The position numbers and the translations under genes are program-made. A DNA stretch of 64,000 nucleotides from Tubulanus polymorphus (taxonomy: Eukaryota; Animalia; Nemertea), in assembly GCF_964204645.1 (NCBI RefSeq), contig NC_134026.1, positions 30,538,150-30,602,149 on the forward strand, in the 5' to 3' direction. Positions 24,043-36,904 of this stretch are shown here, in pieces (positions within the stretch are counted from its first letter, which is position 1; every line of letters begins with the position of its first letter). The notes under the pieces are model-generated. The model saw nothing but the letters and a program-made list of their open reading frames with translations. It was not told the origin of the DNA and did no database searches.

Positions 24043-24625
24043 CCAGATTGGCTAATAATCAAATAAAGGAAAGCGATGCTTTAGTGATGGTTTGTGGTGA
24101 ATATAACTGGTGTCCACAACCAGGATTACTCAATATGATCGACCATTTCTTTAATAGTTATAGATACAAGGTTTCAGCGATTGCGTCTTACTCAGCAGGT
24201 AATACGTAAACTACATATAGAAATGTACGTGGAGTGTCGTAAGTTAAATTGTTAGATGTGAAAAAGGTATTACTGTATAATAAGTTAACTTAATTTTATA
24301 AGAATTAAGAGCTTTTACTATAGTGCATAGAAGCTTCCGAGCTCATTTATCAAATTAATTCTATTAGATTCTGCTCAAATATATGAAATTACCCTACATA
24401 TATCGGTTATTCTACATATATATTCCTTTTTCGGGTTAATTAATTTGACACCAGGTTAACAACGGCTCCCGATCCTCCACAACTCTTCAAGTTAAATCGT
24501 CTTATCACGTCTATGGCGAATTTAATGTTTAAATACTAATTTCCAGGAGGATTTAGCGGTATTCGCGCGAGCAGTGCGTTACGCGAAACACTATCGTGTA
24601 ACTGTTTAAACATTCTGCGTACCGA
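24043..24625 (+). pseudogene. Truncated duplicate of the FMN reductase gene
   Basis: 24052-24355 is near-identical to 20974-21280 (exon-2 3' part plus intron). Exon 1 is absent. The exon-3 start (ttccaggaggatttagcggtattcgcgcg) is present, followed by deletions. Confidence 0.85.
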
Positions 24626-24805
24626 TTTCAGTTTCCAAGAAGCAAATAAAAAAGTTGACATTCTCTATGATAAACTATGATGTACAAACATCAGTCATTA
24701 GACATCTAATCATTTTTAAAGATTGAGTTTCGTGTTGTTCTGATTTGCTACGGATCTCCATTCAACTTGCGTGGTCGCTTTGTACGTAAAAATAAATAAA
24801 CCTTG

Positions 24806-26163
24806 TTACTCGTTACGGTACGTTTGTCTTATGCGTCTTTGTTCACATACGTAGTTTCTCGAAGATGTGCAATGATCGATCATCCATTTTCTACCATCAA
24901 TTTTGGTAGAATACATGACGCATTGTGCAGTATTTGTTGAAGGTATTTGTCCACCTTTCCAGGGTGCCTTGTACCGGTATCCAACGTCCGATTCATCGCT
25001 AAAAAACCTAACCACCTGATTACGCGGTATTCTGACACCAAAAAACGCTTCTGAAATTTAGGAGAGAGAAAATGTTAAAGGTTTCGCGAAATGATAATTC
25101 TTTTTAGTATGCCGAAGAAAATTGGTAACTACCGTGTGTGGCCTGCGTATTCAGATTCAGATACTTCACGAGTTGTTCGTTTTCAGCGAGTGTCCGAGGT
25201 TCAGCCAGACGTGTTACCAACCGGTTATCAGCTGTAGAATCGGATTCGCAATCATTGTTAGCATCCCTATAGCTTTTAGGTTGAATTACAACACGGTAAC
25301 AAACTGCAGCCCCGGTCTGAAATTTACCGTAACCCAGTAAACAAGTTAGCGAACGATCTACCGTTCTCGCTGGTGACGTCACAGCGTCCATCGTTCTCAC
25401 TGGTGACGTCGTAGTATGCGCCGTTCTCACTGGTGACGTCACAGCGTCCATTGTTCTCACTGGTGACGTCATAGTATGCGCCGTTCTCACTGGTGACGTC
25501 ATAGTATGCGCCGTTCTCACTGGTGACGTCACAGCGTCAATCGTTCTCACCGGTGACGTCATAGTATGCGCCGTTCTCACTGGTGACGTCACAGCGTCCA
25601 TTGTTCTCACTGGTGACGTCATAGTATGCGCCGTTCTCACTGGTGACGTCACAGTGTCCATCGTTCTCACCGGTGTCGTCATAGTATGCGCCGTTCTCGC
25701 TGGTGTCGTCACGTCCGTCAACCTTGCAGATGGAGTAGTGGTACTTTTCACTGAAGAAAAAGAATCAATGAAATGAAAATCATGTTCAGAGAAAAATTCA
25801 AGTCAAGAAAGAAAATGAATGAATGATTTCCTTACTTTTAGTCTCGATTACTTTAATAAATGTTTTAACGTCGTCAGTTGATGAAGAATCCACGAATTGA
25901 ATTGACCCCGCTATAATCAGCACACACTCAACATCGGTGTATAAAAACCCGTGACAAATATAATCACCAGATGTCTCCAAGCATTCTTTACTGCAACCGA
26001 TGAGATTCTGTGCCGTATCACTAACATCCCGTGTCGTTAATAGACTGATGTTTACTGCGGAGGATGAATATCGGAAACGAGCTTGTCTCATTAAAAACCC
26101 GTCTCCAAATACAACAGAATAATTACCCAACAACAATATCAAAACGATACGTACCAAACCCAT
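24806..26163 (-). CDS. Secreted PAN plus mucin-like stalk plus C-type lectin-like protein, copy 2 (3 exons)
   Basis: Exon 1 (26163 to about 25835) is nearly identical to copy 1. Exon 2 (about 25750-25133) holds Thr-rich repeats and the CTLD start. Exon 3 (about 25050-24806) ends YVCEQRRIRQTYRNE*. Confidence 0.85.
25360..25715 (-). repeat. Coding 30-bp tandem repeat (TSPVRTAHTM / TSPVRTMDAV), about 11 units
   Basis: Two alternating 30-bp variants around CGTTCTCACTGGTGACGTCA, in frame in the 215-aa ORF. Confidence 0.92.
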
Positions 26164-27316
26164 GTTACTGACGATACTGAATCTACTCAAACTCCTGAAT
26201 CTCTGATCGTTTTTATTCATTTAATATTAGTATCAAATCTTACGTCGATACCTGAGAGATCTGTTTAATGGAGTATTTCCGCTTAGTTCCCGATTCATAC
26301 GATATTTCTATTGTACTGTTATCGGTAATTCTAAAACCTTTTAAACTAGGTTCTATCAAGGACTATTATTCCCCATTTTTAGCTGACGAAAACGGAAGCA
26401 CGGTATTTAATCCAACTTGGAGCTGCTCAGACTCAGAAAAAAACACTTCACCTTGCATTGAGAGATTTTCAGTACCCCGAAATTACACATTTATTAGAAG
26501 TACTATTTTTAAACGTTAGCTTTCGCTACTTTCAAGGTGTTACATATAGCAATGAACACGCCATTTTCTCATTAATCACAGTAAATATTTGGAAAGCATA
26601 AATTAATCCAATAAATTACTGTTTATGTCCGATTTTAGTGGAGAAACTTGTCATATATTGTTTTTAGTTAATACTAAAACCTTTGGAAACAGATTTTGTT
26701 TACGTTTAGATTCGCGTAAAATTGTGTTTTGTTAATTTCAATTCGCATCGAAACAAATGTTGTTATTGCTGGTCGCAAGTTTGATTAATGAACTACTTTC
26801 ACCATTTATGGTGGTTTTATGAGTATTTTAAGAGCTTTGTCTTTATAAGAAGCGTTCTTTCTAACGAGAGAGTGACAACTTGATAACCAAACTAGGTAAG
26901 TACATGCATATACCAATCGCCGTGTTGAAAGTGCGATTTGAGTAAATGTAACTTACTATTTCATTCTGTCTGATAGTTGTACGACCAGGGATATATAAAT
27001 GAAATAATCAAAATTTACATTTCAATTTTGTGTTGATGATACTTTCAATGGAACACTTGGAAAGTGATCAAAAGAAATCAGATACGGTTGACGCAATCAT
27101 TTATCCCATAATTCGGCTCGGGCTTGGTCCGACGTCTTTTGGTCGGGCCAAACAGGCTCGGGCCCATTCCGTTGTTCCGGGCAAAAATAAGCACGGGCCA
27201 AAAAATGCTCGTGTGATCGCGGCTTATACTGTCTGTCTATGTGCTATCATCATTTTCCTTATGTTTCATTAGAGTTTTATAGACCTGTGACCAAGTGAAT
27301 GTCAAACGAAGTGAAA

Positions 27317-28331
27317 ATGCGCGTCAAAACATCCCTCCTCATTATATTCACTGGTAAGTTTAATTGACCGCATTTTAATACGCTTCATGTAGTAATCAGA
27401 AACTAACATCATGAAATCTATTTCAGTTATTCGGGTGTCTGAAGAATGTAACTGTCCTACGGTGATATCGCGAAGTGCATGGGGCGCCCGATCACCAAAA
27501 GCTGTGACAAAGATAAGATACACTCCACGATTCGCTTTTATTCATCATTCTGATGGATCGAGTTGTACAAGCGTTTACAGGTGTAAAAGAGTCGTCAAAG
27601 GCATCCAGAATTACCACATAAACAGCAAAGGTAAGAGTTCCCTTCCACTCGCAGAAATGTCTAAGTCACCTGATATTCACTCGCGTTATTTCATTCTTCG
27701 TGTCGCAATTTGGAAATTTATTTATGTCTATGTAGTAAACTTTCGGTAGAAAGTCGAAAGATTTGTAAAACAACAAAGGGATATAATACGGGTAGGGGAT
27801 ACATAGCGAAATCGTAATATTTTGGAAAATAAACGCTAACATTCAGTGAAGCTGATTAGATTCTTCTGTGGTTTTATTAGTTCGGTATCCTCTGTTCGGG
27901 TGTTTCAATGGTATCTATACTATCGACTACTATAGGCTGGAGTGATATTGGATATAATTTTCTGATTGGTGGAGATGGCAATGTTTATGAAGGTCGTGGT
28001 TGGGGTGTGGTCGGCGCGCACGTTCGTGGTTACAATAGTCGATCTATTGGAATTTGTTTTCTCGGAAATTTCATGTCTACAAGTCCGACATCAAGGGCTA
28101 TCGATGCCGCTAAAGCATTATTGGAGGTAAGGACCATTCTTCGCAATTCTGAAATCAAACGTTGCGGTCCGTATGCTGTAAAATTCAAGTTAATTTCTCC
28201 ATTTTCAGTGTGCAGTTGAAAAAGGAAAATTGAAAGAAAATTATCGGTTATATGGTCACAGAGATGCTGGTTCTACTAGCTGCCCTGGGGACACACTTTA
28301 TAAACTGATCAAACAGTGGCCACACTACTAG
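27317..28331 (+). CDS. Short secreted peptidoglycan recognition protein, amidase type (PGRP-SC/PGLYRP-like), 4 exons
   Basis: Exons 27317-27353, 27427-27630, 27936-28126 and 28209-28331. Motifs [46 protein letters not shown] and GHRD..TSCPG give the full H/Y/H/C Zn-amidase set. AATAAA at about 28496. Confidence 0.95.
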
Positions 28332-29482
28332 AAAATATGACGAGAAAAAAAACGACATCGACTACCAACCGCGCGTCATTATTATAAGTTATCTTGTAAA
28401 TTTCTGAGACTCAATGTGTAATCCCAATGCGATGTAGGATATTTCCCTGAAATAGAGGGCAACACAATGAGTTTAGTTGCTGCTTTTGCTTTATCAATAA
28501 ATAGTTCTTAGATTACTCAAATTTTTTGTTCAGTTGTTCGAATTCAGAGTGCTGTGATGGCAAGCAACATTGATCGTGCTGGCACCGTATGGCGGTACCC
28601 TACCAAAATCTCCACGAACCAACTCAAAAATGTCAGCCGGCGCGCTTATGATCGACTGACCGTGACCCCTTCAAAAGCAGGATTCACATCGGTTGTTTAG
28701 TCAAGGTTAGAATTGTTTCTACGTCATCTCTCATGTGCAGGTTAATATTACATTAGTTCACAGAAATGCCACTAGGGGACCGTACAGTGCTGCCACCAAG
28801 TTTAGGGCGCAATTTTGACGGTCATCCAAACAATATGGCGGCATTTTCAATAGCTATGGTTATATAATACTAGGCTTGGTCCAAAATCGGAGAGGTTCCA
28901 CATCTCTACACTGAACTGTTTGAGGAATTATTTTGAGGAATTATGAGACAAATAACAAATATTTATCGTAAATCACATTTTATTTCAAATAAAACATTTC
29001 TACAAAACATTTCTTATAATGCGTAACAATTTACTTTGTTTCGTCTTTTTTCTTAACAATATTTATAGTAAATATCTGTGAATGTATCAACACGTAATTT
29101 TCACTATTTCTAGAATTATCACAAATATTCAGGAGACAGAACTTTGATAATGACTCATTTTCAACTACGACAATTTTCTTTTATTCAAATATTTGATCAT
29201 AGCTTGTTCCATATAAATGCTCATTTCTTTATGTACAGCGTTCATAGTTCGTTGTCTTAATCAGTTTTACGAAGAAAACAAAAACTGATTCACTGCTAAT
29301 GTCGGTAACAATCCACAGCGTGGAACCAAAACCTCTTCAGATTCAGACATTCACTATTGCAGTGTAGTCGATCACTTTTTGAAAGTGTGCAGATAAAATA
29401 TCTAAATTTTAATCAATCTGTTATACCAATACCTACTGAAGATGCAGAATCATGAACTGGTACAATATGGTCCAATACACTG

Positions 29483-29733
29483 CAGGGTCCGATCTAATTG
29501 CCTTGTCTGATTGCCCGGGACAAGTATATTTTCATTAGGGCAAGTAGGTTATCATTAGCGCTAGTGCAATTTTACATCACAAAGCTTTTTTCCTAGTTGA
29601 TACAACGGATGGATGATAGTGCCACCAATTGGACTGCCTGTGTAGGGCAAGTAGCTTTTTAAGGGGAGCAAGCAAAATTTTAGATATGCTTGCCCAACGG
29701 GCAAGTGGCTTTCATTCCTTAGATCGGACCCTG
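29483..29733. mobile_element. MITE with TIR CAGGGTCCGATCTAA, 5-bp TSD CACTG and internal GGGCAAGT repeats (hAT-like)
   Basis: cactg|cagggtccgatctaa ... ttagatcggaccctg|cactg, with several gggcaagt/ttgccc subterminal motifs. Confidence 0.8.
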
Positions 29734-29744
29734 CACTGCCGAAG

Positions 29745-29843
29745 CGCAGGCCTACACTGATGTGCACCTGCTGAGGTGCAGGCCTACACTAATGTGCACC
29801 TGCTGAGGTGCAGGCTTACACTGAAGTTCACCTGCTGAGGTGC
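29745..29843. repeat. About 32-bp tandem repeat, 3 copies (GCAGGCCTACACTGATGTGCACCTGCTGAGGT)
   Basis: Three adjacent copies next to the MITE, downstream of the CABLES stop. Confidence 0.85.
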
Positions 29844-30014
29844 CATTGGCAATGTTATTATTTCAATTATAGGTCCATAACTGACTAGAAACTTAATAGA
29901 ACTTAAGTTGTAATTATTAAGAATTCTTCTTATATTAAAGAATCAATTCTAACTTGGTAAATAACAGAATTATGAAGTGCATTGAAAGCAGTCTATATAA
30001 AACAGTTGTATGTA

Positions 30015-33000
30015 TCACGATTGATAAACAAGTCTCTGATAATGTGGTTGAATCTCTTGGTCTGAAGAATGAAGAGAGAATTCAAGCGCGACTAAAACTG
30101 CCATTTCAAACGCCAGAAATTCTTTACGATGAAGTCGGAATGTTGATTCAATTTCCTACAAACAATGACATCCATTATAGTATGATTGATTAAGTAAAAA
30201 GCGTGGAATCATTAGGGATCATTCATTTATTACGTACGCAAGAAATTTGACAAAATAAACTTGTCAAGACTTTCTCAGAACTTTGTGAAACTGGGTACAG
30301 AACTGAAGAATTAGGCTCAGAACTGTGGTACTGATTTCAGATGAATACTGGTAGTTTATTTACCTCTATAAGTTCAGTGAGTTGAGGCTTTTTGATATCG
30401 TTCAACTTAGCACTTAACAATAAACTGGCACCAGCACAAAGTCTTCTATTCTGTTTATTGACCAAACCCTGAAATAATTACACAGTTGTAGTAAAGAAAG
30501 TGATAAAACATTCTATAAATTAAAATATTTACCTTAATAATCAACTTTTCAAAATACACATATGAATTTGCAACGGTCCATAAATCCATATTGAGCTGAA
30601 AACAGGAAATTTTAGATTGTGTTTAATATAAGTTGCTACATCTATGAAAACAAAGCAGCTGTGATGATAATGATGATGATGATGACGATGTACGGTACCT
30701 TCACGTAAGCTATCTTCTTCAATTCCCTCTTTAAACTTCGTAGTTTACTCAAAGTGAGGTCAATCTGCGGAAATTTTTCCTTGAATTTCTCGTTTAGATC
30801 CATCTTTAAATCGGATGGTTTTGCATAATCAATAACAGACGTCTAAAATAAAACAGCAAACACACAACATACATTTAAACATGTTCTATAAATATTCTGT
30901 GTTCAGAATCACCCGGTAGCGTTGGGACTGCTGTAAATATTTCACTGAGTTGAGAATCAGGGAACTCGGTAGCGTTTGGACTGCTGTAGATATTTCTGAG
31001 TTAAGAATCAGGGATTAGAGTGGACCAGTACCGAGCAAGGAGTCAACTGTATTTAGAGGTTCATGGGTTAAACAATGATTTAATAGTTTACCATGTATGA
31101 CGGGAATGTCATAAGCGTTCTATGTTTTCCAGCACTGAGTTCGGGATCATCGAGTAAACAGGGATCATATCGTAATTCTCCAGTCGTCAAATCATATCCT
31201 ACAAATATCAACAATCTCGAATTATTCGCTATTTCGATGTTATTTGAAAATATCGACTTGGACAAAATGAAATGACATTCACAGATGCAAAGAATATTAG
31301 TAAGAAATCCAGACATAACGAAAATAGTTAATTAAGAAAGAATGAAAATTGAATTGAAAGTAAGTAAAACTCATCGTCTCAATGAATAATGAAATAAGAT
31401 ATAAATTACAGGATCCAGTTCTATAGTTCCATAGGTTTATTTCATTCTGGGATAAAACATTGAAAATGAACTAATTTTGAGTCAGATTCGCTGAGAACTG
31501 TTTGAACTGGGTCCTGTATAAACAACGAATCCCGAGGTCGAACATTTTACGTTTATTCTTTTGTTTCTGTCATTTTGAAAGTTTAGATAAAAGTAGTATA
31601 AAACCACTTGGTTCAGAATGTAAGTGTAATGCTAGACCAGTGGTTCCTACGCTCAGATAACAAGGAAAAATTATCAATAAAGAATAAACAAATTTTTGGT
31701 GGAAAAATAAATACAATAGACTCCGCTTGCCGCAGATATCATGGGATAAATAAATTCAATCTGAGGGACAAGCGAATTCCTGATGAATTGGACACGTCAC
31801 GTGATAATCTGAGGCAGGTGACTCTGAGGTAAACAGAGTTCAGGGCACGTAGACATCTGAGGTAAACAGAGTTCAGGGCACGTGATAATCTGAGGTAAAC
31901 AGAGTCTGGGGCACGTGATAATCTGAGGTAAACAGAATCTGGGGCACGTGATAATCTGAGACAGGTGACTCTGAGGTAAACAGAGTTCGGGGCACGTGAT
32001 AATCTGAGGTAAACAGAATCTGGGGCACGTGATAATCTGAGGCAGGTGACTCTGAGGTAAACAGAGTTCGGGGCACGTGATAATCTGAGGTAAACAGAGT
32101 TAAGGGCACGTGATAATCTGAGGCAGGTGACTCTGAGGTAAACAGAGTTCGGGGCACGTGATAATCTGAGGTAAACAGAGTTCAGGGCACGTGATAATCT
32201 GAGGCAGGCGACTCTGAGGTAAACAGAGTTCGGGGCACGTGATAATCTGAGGTAAACAGAGTTCAGGGCACGTGATTATCTGAGGCAGGTGACTCTGAGG
32301 TAAACAGAGTCTGGGGCACGTGATAATCTGAGGTAAACAGAGTCTGGGGCACGTGATAATCTGAGGCAGGTGACTCTGAGGTAAACGAAGTCTACTGCAT
32401 GTACAATGAACACAATATCAAGTGTGAGCAATGAATCAACCAGTTTTTCTACTCTCAAATTACTTTCAACTAAATGAAAAATTTCAAATGAAAAACTGTT
32501 CATCGTAACTCAAGCTCTTCACACCATTCGTACCTGTATCTTTAACAATGTTAAAAGTGGGCGGTGATTGAAGGGCCTTGAGACTAGTATCATGCGATCT
32601 GCTACGCAACAGCGGTACATGCATAACTGTAGTAGTGATGGGTGCAGCGACCAGAAACACAAACCAAAACAATATCATAAACCACCGACGATTTGTAAAT
32701 GGTTAAATGTTGTTAGATTTGAGTGAATATCTGTCCTCCCTCGACAGCAGTTCAAAAACTGGGCAAACTCGTCGCAAGCCCGAATAGACCGCACTGGGTC
32801 TACGCGGTCACGACAAGGGAGGGAGGACAGTGAAATTACATGCTAAAGAATCATCTTCACTTTTACTCACTAGTCATTACTATTCTAATAAGTGCTAAAT
32901 CTATGTTTAACTGTGGAGCGAAACATGCATTGAAAACAGACACGTAGAATTCAACATACCTGCGTTAGATTCAATATTAGTCACATTGGACGCTTCAATG

Positions 33001-35856
33001 CTGACTTGCCTTCTGTGTTTACCACTCGTAGCTGGTACCAGGTACTGGCTATAAGATATATCCTGTAGAAATATAGAAATTCAAACGATATTAAACTGCA
33101 CCAATATCTTCCAAAAATAGATTTTTGGTTGGTCTACCAACAAACCACAACTTTCTCAAAATATTTGAATATGAATTCCTTTTATCACTAGAATCAAATT
33201 CAGGGTGACCACTTTTCCTCGACTTGGTATCTCCTTGACTATTCCCTGATCAAATATCCCTGATCAAATTTCCCTGAATTTTAGCTATTTCCTAAATTCC
33301 CTGAAATTTTCAAAGACAAGAAATTTCCCCAATTTCCAGGTAAGTGGCCACACTAGAATTCTGAACTGTGAAACTGGATCAAGGAGGAATTTCAAGAGCT
33401 ACGTTTAGAAGTTTGAAGCTTAAAGGGGCCATTCATAAAATACAGACACATTCATGAGAAAGAGATCGAAACTGGCCACAAAACTGTGCAATTGTACTTT
33501 CTGAATGAACCCCAAAGTCTAAGCAGAAGCAGAAGCAATCTAAAATAGATTTAAAATCAGATATCAATTTAATCATTTTCATTGCCTTACGATGAAAAGA
33601 AAAATGTAGCAAAAACTTTCCCTAAATAAAATAGCTCGCGTAAAACAAAGCATTCAGCTGCAAAGTGAACACGATATTAAAATGAAAGCTAGAATTAGTT
33701 GCGCCAAGAAGAAGATATGACTTATAAACATATATTAGTTTCAACTATCTTAGAATAAAGTTTTTTTTCTGCTCGTACCTTCGAGGTTGTTCGAATTGGA
33801 TTCAAACCTTTAGCATTAGATGAATGATTATGGAACTTTCTATGGAACAGACTGGGACTGAATTGACCACTATTGGGTCTACTAGAACGCTAAAATAGAA
33901 CATCGCCACAACAAATATAAACAGTCTCTTTAAAGCTGCTTCTTCATATTAACTATTGTGTCAATAAAAACAGTCTTTTCATAAAGAGTTTTTTAGTCCG
34001 AGGGTCGTAAAACATGCGGTTATTTCTTACGTGACATTCCATACAAACAGAAGTGAATATCTCACCTTGCCTTCTTCAACTTTATCATACGCTTCAAACC
34101 CCAGATGAAATAATGCCTCGTAGCTCGTGGAATAACCACCCGACTTTCTACGATACCGAACTGGATCAACTTCTTGCACTTGACTAGAATATAAACATTT
34201 CACAATAAGTATTTACCATTGATTATATCCAGTAAACGATCATTCTTTATCTTTTTTTAAATATCTAAATCATACCTTAATTGCTGTTTATTGTCTTTAG
34301 TGTAAGGAAGGACTGATAAAATCACCATCGGAGCTTTACAAACTTTATCAAGTAACACCAACCTAAAAAAAGGATAGTAGAAATCATAGTCAAAATCTCA
34401 TGAGTCATCATAAAATAATAAGTCATCATATCGAATGGAAGTCATCTATATTTTTGAGTCCCAATTTGTATTTGCAAATCAATGTACAATCTATAGTCCT
34501 CAACATAATGATCGTCCAAATGACTAAAGCAGTGAGTTTAACGTTTAGGTACAAATAGTGGCAATAATGTTTATTTTTAGCAGTTACCGTTTTCTGTGAA
34601 GGTGTTTCGATTCTCTGCGTAGATTCCCGGATATTTTATAAATAGCGCCAGGCGTAAATTCACCGGAATCTGTCGAAACTGAACTCGAGCGATGACGTTT
34701 TCTATCAACTGTTAATTAACAAATAAACTCGTTACAAATTTAGCTTTAACGAATATGAAGCATTTTTTACCAAGCGTTAAGTTGCGCCATCTGGTGTCTA
34801 CCGCCAGTACCTCATTCTGATTACTTACTCGTTTCAATAACAGAATTCGGACTGTCTTGAACATGATGAAATATCTTTCTTCTCATTGATACTTTATTTT
34901 CTTTTTCCACCGATGAAGCTCTAGAAAATTAAAATTAACAACGCCATCAGGGTCCAGTTTCACGAAAAAGTTTAAGCCTAAAACGGTTAAGTTTGAATTG
35001 TTGTCCTCATTGAAAACATGAAGTAACCAATGGTAATTACACCAAAAATTTGAGTTAAACTTTTTTGTGAAAGTGGGCCCAGGAGACGGGGGGGGGGGGG
35101 GGGGGGGTCGATGATCAAGAGGGGGCCTCACTGTCTGGATACCTCCAAGGCTTAGAGGTTTAATTAGATTCTAATAACATAAAGTGCAACAGTTTGTTAC
35201 CCGATCATTGGTGGTAAGATTTTTAATGAGATGGATGGGCTTGACATAAAAATATTTGATAGTGAAACTAAACCATACCCACAGACACTACTCTACTGCC
35301 CGTACCCGAGAATAGGGAGGGGCTGATCGAAAACTGCTTACCTCGAATAAGAAGCTGGTTTATTCTCTACAATTGTTTTTTTAAACGATGAAGTAGATTC
35401 AAATGGCACAATATTTACAGCAGCAGCAGCAGGAGTTGTAGGAGCACAGTTCGATAGAGCAGCAGTAGGAGCAGCATCATCCGATGGCAGCTCCTCCTGA
35501 ACCTCAGTGGTTCGACTTAAACCACCCTCCTCATTCAGTGTTTCACTCGAATTCGATTGGGAAACTCGTTTTTGAACGGGTATTATAGTATTCTCAGACT
35601 CGACGATAGTGAATCCGGAAAGTGGTGAATCCGCCGCCGGTGCAGATTCCGCTGATTCTTTGATCGGTTCATTTTCAGTGATCGAATTTTCTAATTTCCT
35701 CGAATTTGATTCGTCGAATTTCACGCTCAAACCTGCTTTAGTTAATGCTCCGTATTTTGTATCGTTGTGAGTTCCATCAAGTGATATATTAGTGAGGAAA
35801 TTGAATGCGGCAGTCCGCCTAAACGATCGACGTTTCCGCAGTGAAGCGGCCGCCAT
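30015..35856 (-). CDS. CABLES: CDK5 and ABL1 enzyme substrate (Cables), about 12 exons
   Basis: N-terminal [16 protein letters not shown]; [26 protein letters not shown]; [39 protein letters not shown]; YVYFEKLI; [21 protein letters not shown]; last exon [38 protein letters not shown]. Confidence 0.93.
31795..32385. repeat. Intronic minisatellite with 33- and 48-bp units (GGCACGTGATAATCTGAGGTAAACAGAGTT...)
   Basis: About 15 units, some with an extra 15-bp CAGGTGACTCTGAGG. Nearly all carry CACGTG. Confidence 0.93.
34951..35079. mobile_element. MITE with TIR GGNCCASTTTCACRAAAAAGTTTAA and TSD CAG
   Basis: cag|ggtccagtttcacgaaaaagtttaa ... ttaaacttttttgtgaaagtgggcc|cag. Confidence 0.75.
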
Positions 35857-36299
35857 TTTGTATCGTCGCTTACCAGGTGAAAGCTCGGTGGCAGCACCGT
35901 ACGGTAAATTAGCGGAATTTCTGCGAACTGATACCTTGCGGCCTACGTTCCAAAGTGAGTGCAAAAACCCGCTATTAAGAATGGAACTTAGGATAAAGTT
36001 TATCCTTGAGCTAGAACTGTATTCAACGGTTCGACTATATTCTTGTAATCGTCAGGAATACTAGTGATGGAATTATGTGGTAGACCTATATATAAGCCCT
36101 ATAGTTCACAGCAAACTACGCAAACTAAGGGGTAATTAAGATTAGTTACAAAATAAACAAATTGAACCAAAGCAAACTAAGGGGCACTTAGATCGATACA
36201 ATCGGGATATAAGTTGAATGAGTGGCAATTAGTGCGTGGAATATAACAAAGGAAATAAATAAATTCTCGATTTTAGATTTCTTTTAATTTGTAAAGATG

Positions 36300-36730
36300 C
36301 ATTCAGAGTAGTCCTGATGCTGAATGTACTGTATATAAGGAAGATGTACAGGGGTGTCCCGGGTTCGAAACCAGTAATTACTGATGCTGACTCAGATGCT
36401 GAATAAGGGATGTACAGGGGTGTCCTGCGTTCGAAGGCAGTAATTACTGACACTGATTCAGAGTGGTCCTGATGCTGAATAGAGGATGTGCAGAGGTGTC
36501 CTGGGTTCGAACCCTACTGATACTGGTTCAGAGTGGTCCTGATGCTGAATAGAGGATGTACAGGGGTGTCCTGCGTTCGAAGGCAGTAATTGCTGATACT
36601 GATTCAGAGTGGTCCTGACGTTAAATACAAGATACGAGGGTCCCGGGTACGAACTCAGTAATTACTGATACTGATTCAGAGTGGTCCTGATGCTGAATAG
36701 ACAATGTACAGGGTGTCCGGGTTCGAATCA
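36300..36730 (+). repeat. Tandem repeat of about 70-76 bp (about 6 units) with tRNA-like A and B boxes
   Basis: Units TCAGAGTGGTCCTGATGCTGAATAGAGGATGTACAGGGGTGTCCTGGGTTCGAANCC. GTTCGA recurs at about 36363, 36429, 36505, 36575 and 36721. Confidence 0.75.
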
Positions 36731-36762
36731 TGAAATAGACGTGCTGCCACACGACACCGTCA

Positions 36763-36904
36763 GGTGCTGCCGCAATGCTCAACATTAGCGGATTTTTCAC
36801 ACACTAATGTGAATCGACTCTGGCAATCTAGGAGAGTCTATTGCCAGAGTCAGTTTGTGTTAGTTTATGCAAAATCCGCTAATGTCGATCATAGCGGCAG
36901 CACC
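36763..36904. repeat. Long imperfect palindrome (hairpin or MITE)
   Basis: ggtgctgccgcaatg..acattagcggattttt..gactctggcaat pairs with attgccagagtc..aaaatccgctaatgt..catagcggcagcacc. Confidence 0.8.

Noticed and set aside
31873-32503. ORFs with SDYHVP or LRLSRAP repeats
   Set aside because: They are minisatellite translations inside a CABLES intron, with no supporting splice context.
34883-35131. Poly-proline ORF
   Set aside because: It arises from a G homopolymer plus a MITE in a CABLES intron.
35857-35964. Upstream extension of the CABLES exon-1 ORF
   Set aside because: It begins at a non-ATG codon. The ATG at 35856 (AAAATGGCG) has good context and precedes the conserved motif.
36300-36730. 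Genuine tRNA gene cluster
   Set aside because: I could not fold a consistent acceptor or anticodon stem, so it is kept only as a tRNA-like repeat.
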